Counted from the stretch's first letter, positions 1-10,437 are shown. The stretch is DNA of 64,000 bases from Candidatus Bathyarchaeia archaeon (GCA_049516875.1 JBEKSS010000004.1:32001-96000), one strand, 5' to 3'. The notes: generated by a model not told the origin, from the sequence alone. Numbers and translations are program-made.

Positions 1-839
1 CCTGTGCGTTCTTTCAATCGTCTTGTCAAGCAGGCGACATCTGCGCCTTTCTTTCCTGAGTAAGTGTGAATCTCGTCGAGGACGAGGAATTTCAGTCGGC
101 CTTTGTGTTCTTTTGGGAAGAGTTTTCTGTCTTCGAAACGTGTTAGTAAGAGTTCGAGCATGACATAGTTGGTCATGAGTATGTCTGGTGGGTTTGCCTG
201 GATTTCGTCTCGGGACAGAAGCTCACTGTCATAGGGTTCGTCTCTGCCTGTTGAACCCTTGAGTGCAGCATGGGCTTCTTCAGGGCTATTCTTTGTATCG
301 CCAGTGTATAGACCTATTTTTAATCCTGTACCGTGGAGTCTTTGGGCAAAGTCTTCGTATTGGCTGTTAGCAAGCGCATTCATAGGGTAGATTATGATGG
401 CTTTGATGCCACGTAGTCCTTGGTCCTGCATTTTAAGGCATTCACTGACGATGGGAATACCAAAACAGAAGCTCTTCCCAGAGCTTGTGCCTGTGGTTAC
501 CAGAGTATTGGCATTATCCTTCAGAATCGAAAGAATTGCCTTGCTCTGATGCCTATAGGGAGTAACGGGCACATCTGTGAGCTTCGCGGCTTCATCTTTC
601 TTCGTAAAGACTCTGAGAATGCCTTTGTGAAGAATTCCATCTTTGACAAGATCTTGCAGGCTTTCACCTTGTTCAAAGCGATGGTTAAGCTGAATGTACG
701 GATCTTTCCACAAAAGAGTACCTTCAGCAATCTTGTCCTGTAACCATTTCTGAATCGTCGGGTTCCTAATGTTCTGGAACGTAAAGACATAAGCTCTGTA
801 GGTTTCTTGCACATGTTTCAGTGTTTCAAACAAATTCAT
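1..839 (-). CDS. Large DEAD/DEAH-box helicase (DUF1998-associated Hrq1/MrfA/DruE/DrmA-like), 5' part only, runs off the window
   Basis: Not in the ORF track. Manual translation from ATG 839 (ATGA overlap with the MTase stop) gives MNLFETLKHVQ...PYRHQ (Q motif)...TGTSSGKS (Walker A)...IIYPMNALANSQ...YTGDT...NPPDILMTNYVMLELLLTR...LVLDEIHTYSG. Confidence 0.9.
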   Translation of the reverse strand, partial: MNLFETLKHVQETYRAYVFTFQNIRNPTIQKWLQDKIAEGTLLWKDPYIQLNHRFEQGESLQDLVKDGILHKGILRVFTKKDEAAKLTDVPVTPYRHQSKAILSILKDNANTLVTTGTSSGKSFCFGIPIVSECLKMQDQGLRGIKAIIIYPMNALANSQYEDFAQRLHGTGLKIGLYTGDTKNSPEEAHAALKGSTGRDEPYDSELLSRDEIQANPPDILMTNYVMLELLLTRFEDRKLFPKEHKGRLKFLVLDEIHTYSGKKGADVACLTRRLKERT

Positions 840-3800
840 GTTTCTGCTTCCTGTTTCATATTGTTCGAGACTTGAAGCTTGTTAGAGTATTCGTCAAAGT
901 ATTTCAGGATAATAGTCTTGGTTCGATAGTCACCGAATCTGGTCTCGTCCCTTCTTCTCAAGATAGGGAACGTGTCAAGAACTTGTCCAGCTTCATCCCT
1001 GGACAGCCCGTAAACATGAAAGAAGATTGCGTCCAATTCCATGCATAAGCGATCTCTGTTTTCAGGATCCCATTTGAACGGGGGTCCTTGATATCCGCAT
1101 TCCATGGCAAACGGAGCCAGACTATCTGTAACATAAACCAACTCGAGGGCTATCGACTTGATTCTGTCCGCTAGGCATTCATCGTGCTTTGAATCTTTGA
1201 TCCTCCGTTGAAATGCAGATGGTGACGGTGCTGCAATTTCATAGATGATCCCTTTCTGTAGATTCGCACCAAACAGTTTCTGACGTACAATGAAGTCAAA
1301 AGCAATTGACGACCACATAGTGGTGAAAAGCAAGGCTTTCTCTGCGGCATCAGACGGATCACCTCCGAACAATAGTATCGGGGCAGAGTGTGTGGCTGGT
1401 AGTGCAGGGCAAATACAACCTTGAGTGGTTCGAGCATCAACCAAACCTCGGCAGACGTTCCTCAGCGCAAACATCCACGATCTCGCCAGCCCTTTTTGTC
1501 TCCGTGTGTTATCAAAGTCGCGGGAATTTACCCAATATCTGGGTAGAATCTCGTATGTTGGGTCAGTCAATTGCTTTACTGTCGGATCCTTTGGTTCCGC
1601 TTTTACACCGAATCGTTTTTCGCGTGGTATACCTTCGAATGTGCCGAAACGATGATTGTAGAGATGGATGAACTTACCTTCATACAGAGGCAGAAGCTGC
1701 TCCGACCCCTTAGTGAATCTGCTAGAAGAACCAAGTTCATAACCTTGAGCGATAAGTTCCTCAAATCGATTTCCGGCAAACAGAGCAGAATCACCGGAAC
1801 TATGTAGCATTGTTACATATCGGATTCGCCAAGGATTGTAGTCTCTATCCTCATTCACGAGAACACCCACATGGGAATACATCTTTCTAGTGATGTCCGC
1901 TGCGATAGCACTTACGAATGTTGGTAGAGTCTTAGATTGGGGGCTCATCAGAGATATGTCTGCCGTGTTTAATGAGTAGGCATGTTCTGGACTTGTTAGG
2001 TCTTCCAACGTAATACAATAGGATGCTAGTTCAATAGTTTCATATCGACGAGCCTTTCCAGATATTGTTGTCAAGCAAAATCGTTCATTTGGAACAACTG
2101 ACGGAAACCACCCAAGTTTGTTGGTCATATCAAAGACTGATACAAATCTGTGACCGTCGATCATTGCTGCAAGGAATTTCTGGCATGTTTCAGCATTTAC
2201 GATACCTGTCTTCAGGATCATCCCTGCTAATCCTTTGGGCGCGACTATATTTGTGGCAAGCTCAGCAAAGATTCTATAGGTGTTGATTTCTCCAGACGAT
2301 GTCAAAGGAAACCTTGAGGAGCAGACTATGAATTTGTTTTCAAGAGCTGCAGATCTTCGTGCGAATATCCACTTTGAGTAAAGACGCGGGTTATTGTTTT
2401 CCAAGTTCTCTATTAATCGATCTCTTTCAGTCTTGGTTTTTGAAGCTGCGATTTCAGGATCATATAATGCGAAGAACTCTTTTTCAACTGGGGTCAGTCT
2501 TTCCCAAGGAGGATTTCCAATTATCACGTCAAATCCTAGCTCCTCTTTCGACACGAAGATGTCAGGAAACTCTATGTACCAATGGAAGAAGTGGTATTCA
2601 TGTGCCAAACGCTTGATTTCATCTAATGTTCTCTTGTTGACGGTAGATTTGTTCCCAGCGATCATTCGAATAGTTGCCTGAGTGGGAGGAGAAGGTGAGT
2701 CCTTGGTCAGAGACCAAAAAAAGGAAGCGGTCCATGCATCGGCCAGCAGTCTCTGACGGACGTGTTCTGGACATTCCACAAGAGCAGCATATTTCTTCTG
2801 TTTCTCGCTGAACTGACTAATGTTGGTTTCAGGTAGCTCGTTCAGGTCTTGGTATATTGCTGCTTGGGCTTTCCACTCCCCAGTAGCATACTCCATTATT
2901 GATCTTGATTGCTTCTCTACTTTGTTTCTACTCTTGATCTCTTTTGCGATTATGCGTTCATCCTTTTCTACAGGAGTGAAAGCATCGTCAGGAATCCCAT
3001 TGTCAATTGCTTCTGAGGTAGCTCCTATCAACGAGTTGCCACATTTTATATGGTGATCCAAAAAATTCAGTGGCAGATCATCAACACAGGAATTGATCCA
3101 CAAGGAGACCTGAGCAAGCTCTACAGCCATAGGGTTCAGATCTACGCCATAGATACAATGTTGGAGAACGTCTCTCTTTGCTTTTCGAATGTCCCTGTCA
3201 GGCGGTTCTACTTGACCAGTACGCACCTTTGCTAATTCCTTGGCCATGAAATTGGTTGCAGCTATAAGAAATGCTCCGCTTCCGCACGCAGGATCACAAA
3301 CCTTGATCGACAGTAAAGCCCTTTCTTTATCACGTGCTTCGTCCAGTTTCTCCTCCACAACTGGTCTGAGAGCACTACTGACCAACTTGTCGACGAGGTG
3401 AGGGTGTGTATAGTAGCTGCCTGTGGTTTTCCGAGATACTCCGCGTGGATCGAGGGAGAAACTATTCGCAGGTATCGTCTCTCCCTCAATCTCTTGTTCT
3501 CCAGCAAACACTCTCGGTATGAAGTCCAAGAGGCTTTCATAAATTGATCCAATTTCCTCCACACTCAGATCCAAATAGCTGATTCGCTTGAGAACGTGTT
3601 CTTCTTCAAAAAGCGTAAGGTGCCGAATCGCAGTCAGGATATCTTCATTCTTGCATGGCAGTGTCGACAGGATGTCGATCTCTTTGTCATCGAAAAGACG
3701 GCCGTTGTAGCCAAAAACTTTCAAGACGGGGCAGCCATTCTTAAGCATTCCAAAAGTGACCTTGAGACCTTCCCATAGGTCGTGATGCTCGTCTTTGCCT

Positions 3801-4816
3801 CCTCTGCTTTCAGCCATCTGGCGCAATCTTGTAATGCTGTATTCTTCGGCGTAAAGCGAGTCTCTAGTAGGCAGCATGGCCCTCTGCTCTGCAAATAGCA
3901 TGAAGAGAAGTCGATACACAACTCTGAGCAGCTCAGAATAGTAGGCTCTGCAAAACTCTTCATTTTCAATCATCTTTTTTGCATAGTCTGGGCTTAGGAA
4001 GCCATTGCCTAAGCGCTCAATCGCCTTTTTCACGTTGCGTCTAAGATTCTCGCCAATTGATTCTCCGGCGTTTACACTTTCCTTGTAGAATTGTTCAAGA
4101 TGACATAGGCCTTCTTTATCTATAAGAAACCTGCTTGCATGCGCCATCCTGTATAGAGTTCTGAAGTCAGTGAAGCTCATCTCACGAAAGATATTCTCAA
4201 CGTCGAATTCGACATAACCCTTAGTCGTAGTATGAAAGTATTCACGAAGAATTCGAAGCAGTATCCCATTAGCGACGATGCCCCACTTACAACGTTTATT
4301 GACATTCAGGAAAGTCTGCAGTTCATCATGGGGACTTCTATTGCGACCTCTTCGAGAAGTCTCCTCTCCTTGCTCATGATACTCCTCCTCCAAATCTTGT
4401 GAAGGTGCAACCATATGAACTATCGGTGCAGCAAGACTATTCCAACCTTTGTGAGAGAGCTTGAACCTGAGCTTTTCTTCGTCAACAATAACGTCCTCTC
4501 TGTTGAATACAGGATCAAAGCCCAACTCTCTGAAGAGGGGAATCATCCATTTGCTTCTGGCGTCTGAAACACTCATCTTGAGATAGCGATTGGAGATAGC
4601 ATCCCATCGCTCACGAAGGCGGTCCCACGAATCCACGATTTGCTGTTCAAGCTCTCTCTTGTCCTTCGGAGCCGCAGCACTAGACGTGGCAAATGAATCG
4701 GGCTGAATTCTCGGGTTGACGACTCTCTCGCTTCGGATGTTCTCCAAGAACTCTGAAGTGATTATGCCACCGTGAGCGGACATGTTAGAGAGCGGATTCT
4801 TTCTCAATCTACTCAC
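836..4816 (-). CDS. Eco57I/type IIG-like N6-adenine DNA methyltransferase (DISARM DrmMI-like), 1326 aa
   Basis: RKTTGSYYT, motif I DPACGSGAF, YGVDLNPMAVELA, motif IV GNPPW, C-terminal TRD-like region (PLYEGKFIH). Confidence 0.9.
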   Translation of the reverse strand: MSRLRKNPLSNMSAHGGIITSEFLENIRSERVVNPRIQPDSFATSSAAAPKDKRELEQQIVDSWDRLRERWDAISNRYLKMSVSDARSKWMIPLFRELGFDPVFNREDVIVDEEKLRFKLSHKGWNSLAAPIVHMVAPSQDLEEEYHEQGEETSRRGRNRSPHDELQTFLNVNKRCKWGIVANGILLRILREYFHTTTKGYVEFDVENIFREMSFTDFRTLYRMAHASRFLIDKEGLCHLEQFYKESVNAGESIGENLRRNVKKAIERLGNGFLSPDYAKKMIENEEFCRAYYSELLRVVYRLLFMLFAEQRAMLPTRDSLYAEEYSITRLRQMAESRGGKDEHHDLWEGLKVTFGMLKNGCPVLKVFGYNGRLFDDKEIDILSTLPCKNEDILTAIRHLTLFEEEHVLKRISYLDLSVEEIGSIYESLLDFIPRVFAGEQEIEGETIPANSFSLDPRGVSRKTTGSYYTHPHLVDKLVSSALRPVVEEKLDEARDKERALLSIKVCDPACGSGAFLIAATNFMAKELAKVRTGQVEPPDRDIRKAKRDVLQHCIYGVDLNPMAVELAQVSLWINSCVDDLPLNFLDHHIKCGNSLIGATSEAIDNGIPDDAFTPVEKDERIIAKEIKSRNKVEKQSRSIMEYATGEWKAQAAIYQDLNELPETNISQFSEKQKKYAALVECPEHVRQRLLADAWTASFFWSLTKDSPSPPTQATIRMIAGNKSTVNKRTLDEIKRLAHEYHFFHWYIEFPDIFVSKEELGFDVIIGNPPWERLTPVEKEFFALYDPEIAASKTKTERDRLIENLENNNPRLYSKWIFARRSAALENKFIVCSSRFPLTSSGEINTYRIFAELATNIVAPKGLAGMILKTGIVNAETCQKFLAAMIDGHRFVSVFDMTNKLGWFPSVVPNERFCLTTISGKARRYETIELASYCITLEDLTSPEHAYSLNTADISLMSPQSKTLPTFVSAIAADITRKMYSHVGVLVNEDRDYNPWRIRYVTMLHSSGDSALFAGNRFEELIAQGYELGSSSRFTKGSEQLLPLYEGKFIHLYNHRFGTFEGIPREKRFGVKAEPKDPTVKQLTDPTYEILPRYWVNSRDFDNTRRQKGLARSWMFALRNVCRGLVDARTTQGCICPALPATHSAPILLFGGDPSDAAEKALLFTTMWSSIAFDFIVRQKLFGANLQKGIIYEIAAPSPSAFQRRIKDSKHDECLADRIKSIALELVYVTDSLAPFAMECGYQGPPFKWDPENRDRLCMELDAIFFHVYGLSRDEAGQVLDTFPILRRRDETRFGDYRTKTIILKYFDEYSNKLQVSNNMKQEAET

Positions 4817-7742
4817 CTTCAGACATCGGATAGTAAACGGTGACGCACAGAAGATCTACAGAGGCAACAGACAATTTGTCAATGCCCTCAAGCCACTCTT
4901 TTTCTCCTCGATCCTCAAGACTTTTCTTGACTTTCTGCCTTTCAACCGCAAGCTCTGTGCAACGTTCCTCGGCTTTCTTCCTCATTTCTTCTTCAAGATG
5001 TGGCTTCGATAGGGCAATTGTGAGGTCCTCACACATCTCTTGTCCAGTTCTGCTTTGTGCAGTAGGTGTGGAGTGTGAAAGCGCATCTACTTCAGGCTGC
5101 GCCAACTTTCTGTCTTCATGTATTTCAAGCCCAATCTTCAGAAGCTCTTCAACAATCGAAACTGGTTTGGTATAGACTGCGTATCTCGCAAGAAACGTGT
5201 AAACCGCGGTGACTTTGGTCGCAGACTTCGTTGCAATGCATGCGGTTCTTCCATATGTCTCTTTCGAAGAGAACGTGAGCTCCTTCACCAATTCAATTAG
5301 ATTTCTTACTAGTCTGTGTCCCAGATCAATTACGTCAAGTTCTGAGTCGTCTTTTCCCCTTAATGGGTCAAATGTTGCCCTTGGAATGGTATCCTCATCC
5401 AATCCTTGGGCGAGTCTGCTATCCAAGATTTCTATTCTGAACGTGCTGTCTGCGTTGTCAGTCATGCGGCACCCAAACTTGTTCAATCCACTCTTGACAA
5501 AATTCTGAACCTCGTTTTGGCTGCCGATCAGATCCCAAGTCTCAGTCAACCTCTTCTGAACTAACGACAAGTCAATGCTCGACTGTCCATAGAAATTGTC
5601 GTTCTTCATTCTTTGAATGGACTCATCAGAAAATGGATCAAGCACTTCCTCTTCAGAAGATATGTCCTCAAGGAACTCGTCAAGATTGCGCTGACCGATT
5701 CTGACCTTAAGTCCTTGTTCCCTTATGAGATCGAGCACCGATAGGTCGTCCCCGAAAAAGGGAGGAGAGAAACCGAATTCCTGTCGAATTCGAAGAGCCT
5801 TCTCAACTAGAACCACCAATATTGCCGCTTCGAGTGAATCATTCACTACCATCGTTTTGATGAAAACTTCCTTCTTTGGTTGTCCATAACGGTCAATCCG
5901 TCCATTCCTTTGCTCAAGCCGATTTGGATTCCAAGGTAGCTCGTAATGTATTATTTGAGAGGCAACGTATTGAAGGTTAATTCCTTCAGAGATACAGTCG
6001 GTTGCAATCATAATCGCATTTGTCGCAATTTTAAATTCATGGAACTTCTGCGCCCTCTGAGATTCGTTTAGGGAGCCATCAAGGGTCACAATTTCAACGT
6101 TCTTGAAATTTCGATGCGTAGGTATGTTTCTTGCGAGATAGTCGAGAGTGTCTTTGTATCTAGTGAAAATGATAACTTTCGGGTTCGCTCTGAACATTTC
6201 TCGGAGGGGGTTATCTAACATTTCATTTAGTTTGCTGTCTTTTGCTGCAGTCACTTTCTGCGCTTTAAGGAGAGCTCGCAACAGAAGCTCTTTCTCCGTT
6301 TGAAGATTATCTCTATCGCCGAGGAGAAATCGTTCCATTCTTGCCCCTGTTTCTTCATCGTCAACACGTTCACCAGTGTCGTTGTCCAAAACTTCAGAAC
6401 GTGCTTCGTGTTCGTCCACTGAAACGTCTTCATCATAAGGTGGTGTTTCTTGTCTCTCAAGTTTTCGACTGATGGTGTTCAAACGGTTTTTCAATGAGCA
6501 TACCAGAGCGTAAGGAGAACTCAAGGCGCGTTTATGGAAATGAGTAACAGTCCACTTTGCAATCCGCATCTTGAAGCTGTGTTCCATGCCCGCAGAGGCG
6601 AGGATATGCTTTCCCAGTTGTTCAACTTCCTCCATTATGCTGACTTCGAGATCTGAGAGTTTTACAAAAACCTCTTTTGCTGTTCTCTTAGGAAACGGAT
6701 TAGGCTCACCGCTTTTCTTTAGTTCCTCTTCTACATCTTTTCTCCGTCTCTGGCAAACATATGATTTAGCTACTTCTCGGCTGATCACAGGATCATGGTC
6801 AGGGCCAGAGACAGCACCAACATCTAGCATCCTGAGGAGGCTCGCGTAAGTGTCCGTGTAACCATTGTGTGGTGTTGCAGTCAACATTAACAGATGTCTT
6901 GACTTCTTAGACAATTCACGCATTAGCTCCCATCGCTCCATCTCCACCCGTTGTCTTGGATCTGCTTGATGGGGTTTGGCGACATTATGGGCTTCGTCGA
7001 CCAAGACGATGTCCCATGTTTGCTCTAGAATCTGAGGCTTCACTTCAGCTGTCTTCGCATAATCCATTGACGTGATAAGGTACGGATAATATTCCCAAGG
7101 ATTCGTTCCTGGAGGGAGTTCTCGCTCCATTTCTCTTCTATGTCTTGATGAGATTATTCTCGCGTTCAAATGGAAAAAGTAGTCCAAGGCAGTCTTCCAT
7201 TGTTCCCTCAACATCGCAGGGCAGACAACCAGCAACCTGGACGCTCTCTGTCTCGCGAACAATTCCACAACGATCAAGCCCGCTTCTATTGTTTTGCCCA
7301 GTCCAACGTCATCCGCAATAAGCATGCGAACCCTAGGCATCTCAAGCGACATAACAACTGGAACCATCTGAAATAAAACGGGAACCGCCCGGCTTCGCTG
7401 CAGGCTCAAGAGAGGAGCCGTGCCGTGTATCATGCTAAGTCGATAAGCTCGAAGAAGCAGATCTTGGGTAGCATAGTTGCCCACAATCTTTCCGGACGGA
7501 GGTTCAATCCTGCCAGGCCGAATTTTCTCAAGCGGTATGTAGAATCTCCTATGTTCAACCAGCGTACCTTCAATGCTCGTGGCAACAAGCACATCGCCTT
7601 GAACGTCGTCGACTCGCCATAGTCTCGACCTGAGCTCAACGATCGACCCGAGCGATAGATTGAACTCTCTATTTCGGCTTACTTCTCCAATTGACTCTTT
7701 ATCAAGACTCGTTGAAGTTTCCTCCGTCAATATGCCGCACAC
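4809..7742 (-). CDS. SNF2-family helicase (DISARM DrmD-like); start uncertain
   Basis: ADDVGLGKT, DEAH, LTATPHNG, EGINLQ, ELPWNPNRLEQRNGRIDRYGQ; 8-nt overlap with the MTase gene. Confidence 0.9.
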   Translation of the reverse strand: MCGILTEETSTSLDKESIGEVSRNREFNLSLGSIVELRSRLWRVDDVQGDVLVATSIEGTLVEHRRFYIPLEKIRPGRIEPPSGKIVGNYATQDLLLRAYRLSMIHGTAPLLSLQRSRAVPVLFQMVPVVMSLEMPRVRMLIADDVGLGKTIEAGLIVVELFARQRASRLLVVCPAMLREQWKTALDYFFHLNARIISSRHRREMERELPPGTNPWEYYPYLITSMDYAKTAEVKPQILEQTWDIVLVDEAHNVAKPHQADPRQRVEMERWELMRELSKKSRHLLMLTATPHNGYTDTYASLLRMLDVGAVSGPDHDPVISREVAKSYVCQRRRKDVEEELKKSGEPNPFPKRTAKEVFVKLSDLEVSIMEEVEQLGKHILASAGMEHSFKMRIAKWTVTHFHKRALSSPYALVCSLKNRLNTISRKLERQETPPYDEDVSVDEHEARSEVLDNDTGERVDDEETGARMERFLLGDRDNLQTEKELLLRALLKAQKVTAAKDSKLNEMLDNPLREMFRANPKVIIFTRYKDTLDYLARNIPTHRNFKNVEIVTLDGSLNESQRAQKFHEFKIATNAIMIATDCISEGINLQYVASQIIHYELPWNPNRLEQRNGRIDRYGQPKKEVFIKTMVVNDSLEAAILVVLVEKALRIRQEFGFSPPFFGDDLSVLDLIREQGLKVRIGQRNLDEFLEDISSEEEVLDPFSDESIQRMKNDNFYGQSSIDLSLVQKRLTETWDLIGSQNEVQNFVKSGLNKFGCRMTDNADSTFRIEILDSRLAQGLDEDTIPRATFDPLRGKDDSELDVIDLGHRLVRNLIELVKELTFSSKETYGRTACIATKSATKVTAVYTFLARYAVYTKPVSIVEELLKIGLEIHEDRKLAQPEVDALSHSTPTAQSRTGQEMCEDLTIALSKPHLEEEMRKKAEERCTELAVERQKVKKSLEDRGEKEWLEGIDKLSVASVDLLCVTVYYPMSEGE

Positions 7743-7942
7743 GTCTCAGTGCCAATTATCTGGTCAGCCTGCGCAGACAACTATCAGACGCGGACTCTAA
7801 AGGAAAGATATGTGCGCTTCAGCATAAAAATGCTCACTTACTTATCAAAATAAGCTCTTTACACAATGGCCTGAATCAGTATTCTGTACAGTAATGAAAG
7901 CCTTTTAAACTCTCCCCGAAAAAGGAAGTTTGTGGTCGGAAT

Positions 7943-8128
7943 ATGGCTTCATGTCCAAAGTGCAAGAAGGAAAACTCTAGACCCACTAAAACATGGAAAT
8001 ATGGTCAGTTCACAGTTCAAGCCTACTCATGCAGCAACTGCGGCACACAATATAGAGAATACTCCAAAGACAAGAAACACAGCTTCACACTCAAATTGCA
8101 GAAAGGAAAAGGCTACGTGAAGGCATAA
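7943..8128 (+). CDS. Small basic Zn-ribbon protein, Cren7-like chromatin protein candidate
   Basis: 61 aa, Lys-rich, CPKC...PTKTW...CSNCGTQYR. Confidence 0.7.
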   Translation: MASCPKCKKENSRPTKTWKYGQFTVQAYSCSNCGTQYREYSKDKKHSFTLKLQKGKGYVKA

Positions 8129-8133
8129 GAGTT

Positions 8134-8353
8134 CTAGACTGAGCTGGGAGTCAAAGAATGTTCATTCAGCATGGCTCTGATTACCTCAGCGCTGTACTGG
8201 GGGTACTGGAGAAGATCTTTAGAAGCATCTCTGTCATCTTTGAAAAAGGTATCAAGTATCATGTGAAAATTCGCCATGAGACTGTCCACGGATAACTCCC
8301 GCTCCTTTAGCAAGAAGAACAGAAATAGCGAGGTATAGTGGTCTTGAGCTAAC
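8134..8353 (-). pseudogene. Probable 3' gene fragment abutting the (GC)5 junction motif at 8354-8366
   Basis: ORF 8134..8439 reads through the motif; only the part after it looks protein-like; no recognisable family. Confidence 0.3.
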
Positions 8354-8517
8354 TTAGCGCGCGCGCATTTTTGCCCTAGTGACTTTTTTTGAAGAATGCT
8401 CTGGACCTTTGGGTATATCCAGATTGTAGGGGCTTTCATTCTACGTTCACCACTGGGTTCTGTTCATATGAAGAGTACGCGTGCCACCACGGGGACTTAT
8501 CCTTGGCGATGTTGGAA

Positions 8518-8568
8518 GCGCGGGGGTGGGATTTGAACCCAAGCACTTCCACAGGATAGGCTCCTGAA
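8518..8568 (-). pseudogene. Degenerate 3' half of tRNA-Leu(CAG), att-site-like scar
   Basis: Minus strand TTCAGGA GCCTA TCCTGTGGAAGTGC TTGGG TTCAAAT CCCAC CCCCGCG: anticodon loop, long variable arm, T-arm and acceptor 3' strand; no 5' half upstream. Confidence 0.75.
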
Positions 8569-8615
8569 ACTTCCGCGTCTTCTTTGGGTCGAGCATTGTG
8601 CAAGAAGAGATTTTC

Positions 8616-9338
8616 TCAACCAAAGCCCTTATTTTCGAACCGATTGTGGTAGGTGAACATTTCCACATCACGGCGCATTCTCAGACATTTAGCTGGCTTG
8701 GAGACGGGGTGTCCCATGCGGAAGGCAAAGGCAACCTTCATGTATTCGGGGATGCTGAGAATCTGCTTCACCTCTTTTTCCACGGCGTCCCCTGCGAATG
8801 CACTTAATACGTGAACGCTGAATCCCAGGGACTGGGCCATTAGCCACATGTTCTCCATGACACAACCCAGGCTGATAAAACCCAAAACATCCCCCTCCGA
8901 AGCAGGAGCCCTCTTCCTAGCATCATAAACCACGATCAGCAGCACAGGACTACCATTAATCCTCTGTTTCAGGGCCGTGGGTCTGCTCTCACGAACGGCC
9001 TTGTCCAGCCTTGCAGGATCCCTCCAATCCGGCGGAAACACAGTGCCAAGGATTCCAACCTTCTTTTGAAGCAACTCCTCTTCCGAGAACGAGAGCTGCT
9101 GATAGTTCTCACGGATGAACGCTTCCGAAACTTGAGACTTGATGTTTCCAATCTTTTCCAGAACTTCCTTGTCATCAACGACGAGAATCTCGAAGTTCTG
9201 CATGTTATGAGCTGTTGGCGCCCAACGCGCCGCCTCGATGATCTGCCTCAGGTCCTCCTTGGCCAGAGGTCGGTTTGGATCGTAAGCAACTCTTGTTGAC
9301 TGTCTCTGCTGGATAAGTTTCAGAATATCAGTCATCAC
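8616..9338 (-). CDS. Nitroreductase family protein
   Basis: IQQRQSTRVAY, EAARWAPTAHNMQNF, ENMWLMAQSLG, MGHP. Confidence 0.92.
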   Translation of the reverse strand: MMTDILKLIQQRQSTRVAYDPNRPLAKEDLRQIIEAARWAPTAHNMQNFEILVVDDKEVLEKIGNIKSQVSEAFIRENYQQLSFSEEELLQKKVGILGTVFPPDWRDPARLDKAVRESRPTALKQRINGSPVLLIVVYDARKRAPASEGDVLGFISLGCVMENMWLMAQSLGFSVHVLSAFAGDAVEKEVKQILSIPEYMKVAFAFRMGHPVSKPAKCLRMRRDVEMFTYHNRFENKGFG

Positions 9339-9437
9339 TATTATCTTCCATCTTCAAGACTACACGTACCTCTTTCCGTCAAATGAATTTTCGCATATAA
9401 GCCTGCTGACGTGGTTCTGAAACTAGACTCAGAAGCA

Positions 9438-9624
9438 AGCGCGCTAGCGTGTTCCTAAATTGGCCAAAAATGGTTTTTATTCGCTTGTTGCGTTTTGAGA
9501 ATGACTTTTGGGCTTCGCGTTTGTTCTTGATTTCTTTGAGGCTACAGGGCTTCTCAAACATGTGGAAGCGTGCAAAAAGGAATTAAAACCATTTTAGACC
9601 ATTTTCGGAACACGCATGCGCGCT
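9438..9624. repeat. ~187-bp palindromic MITE/attC-like element with ~45-bp imperfect terminal IRs
   Basis: Left AGCGCGCTAGCGTGTTCCTAAATTGGCCAAAAATGGTTTTTATTC vs revcomp of right end AGCGCGCATGCGTGTTCCGAAAATGGTCTAAAATGGTTTTAATTC (38/45 identical). Confidence 0.9.
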
Positions 9625-10291
9625 ATGCGCGTCCGAAGTTCCATGCGTTGTATTCTTTTTCCAACAAAGGCACGTGACTGTTCCAAACTTCCTTGCTGAT
9701 AATCTCTAGTGGCAGTATGGAAGTGGGTTTCCTTTTTGGGTTGTCATGTTCGACATATCCCCAACGGAAACCTGTTATGCAAGAGATTCTTCCTTCCGTA
9801 GACCTCATGGGAACTGTAGTCAGAAACGTATCTGCGACCCACCTCAGCTTGGCATGCTTTCCTATGTTGTGGGCTGGCGCATCAAAAAGTTGTGGCAAGT
9901 ACCCAAAAGAAGCAAATGGAATACCGAAGACTTGCATCGAGGGAAGAACATCTACAAAAACGGACTTATCAATTCTTCCTCCTTCTGAAGGGTAGAACTC
10001 TTCCGTTACAATCTGAATCCAACCGCAGAGCATTCTGTACCCTGAACCGGAATAGTTTTCAACTCTGGCATGCATCATTGGATACCCGCGAACCAAATCG
10101 ATTTCGAAATTCAAGTCAGGAACAATATCAAAACCGGCTTTGATTGGATCGTCATTCTTCCCATAATAGACTACAACTTTCCCATCATGTTCGTTTAGAC
10201 TGAATGGGATGACTATCGCGGGCTGATTGTCCAAAGATAACGCAACCATCAAATTATTAACCACCTCCTGCATGAGTATAAGGCTTTGCAC
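9623..10291 (-). CDS. Hypothetical protein; start uncertain
   Basis: 222-aa ORF with Trp/Gly-rich motifs (GWIQIV, LFDAP, GFRWGY); its TAG stop lies inside the GCGCGCTA end of the adjacent palindrome. Confidence 0.7.
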   Translation of the reverse strand: MQSLILMQEVVNNLMVALSLDNQPAIVIPFSLNEHDGKVVVYYGKNDDPIKAGFDIVPDLNFEIDLVRGYPMMHARVENYSGSGYRMLCGWIQIVTEEFYPSEGGRIDKSVFVDVLPSMQVFGIPFASFGYLPQLFDAPAHNIGKHAKLRWVADTFLTTVPMRSTEGRISCITGFRWGYVEHDNPKRKPTSILPLEIISKEVWNSHVPLLEKEYNAWNFGRA

Positions 10292-10314
10292 TCTTTAGAG
10301 CGCACGGCAATCTT

Positions 10315-10437
10315 GGCGCGCTAGCGTGTTCCTAAATTCCTTTCTTAATGTGTGGCAGGGTTGAGTTGTGTGCCTCTCTAATGGAACGTACTATGAAGAG
10401 AGAAGTACGAGATATGTCGCAAACGAATTTAGGAACA
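10315..10437. repeat. MITE-like element with TGTTCCTAAATTC terminal IRs
   Basis: GGCGCGCTAGCGTGTTCCTAAATTC ... GAATTTAGGAACA; same end as the 9438 element; inverted relative of 36041-36180. Confidence 0.85.

Noticed and set aside
836-7742. BREX or type I/III R-M assignment
   Set aside because: No PglZ/BrxC, HsdS/HsdR or Res/Mod motifs; SNF2 + IIG-like MTase + DEAH fits DISARM-like better.
8134-8439. 101-aa ORF as an intact gene
   Set aside because: It reads across a (GC)5 junction motif and is probably a chimera of fragments.
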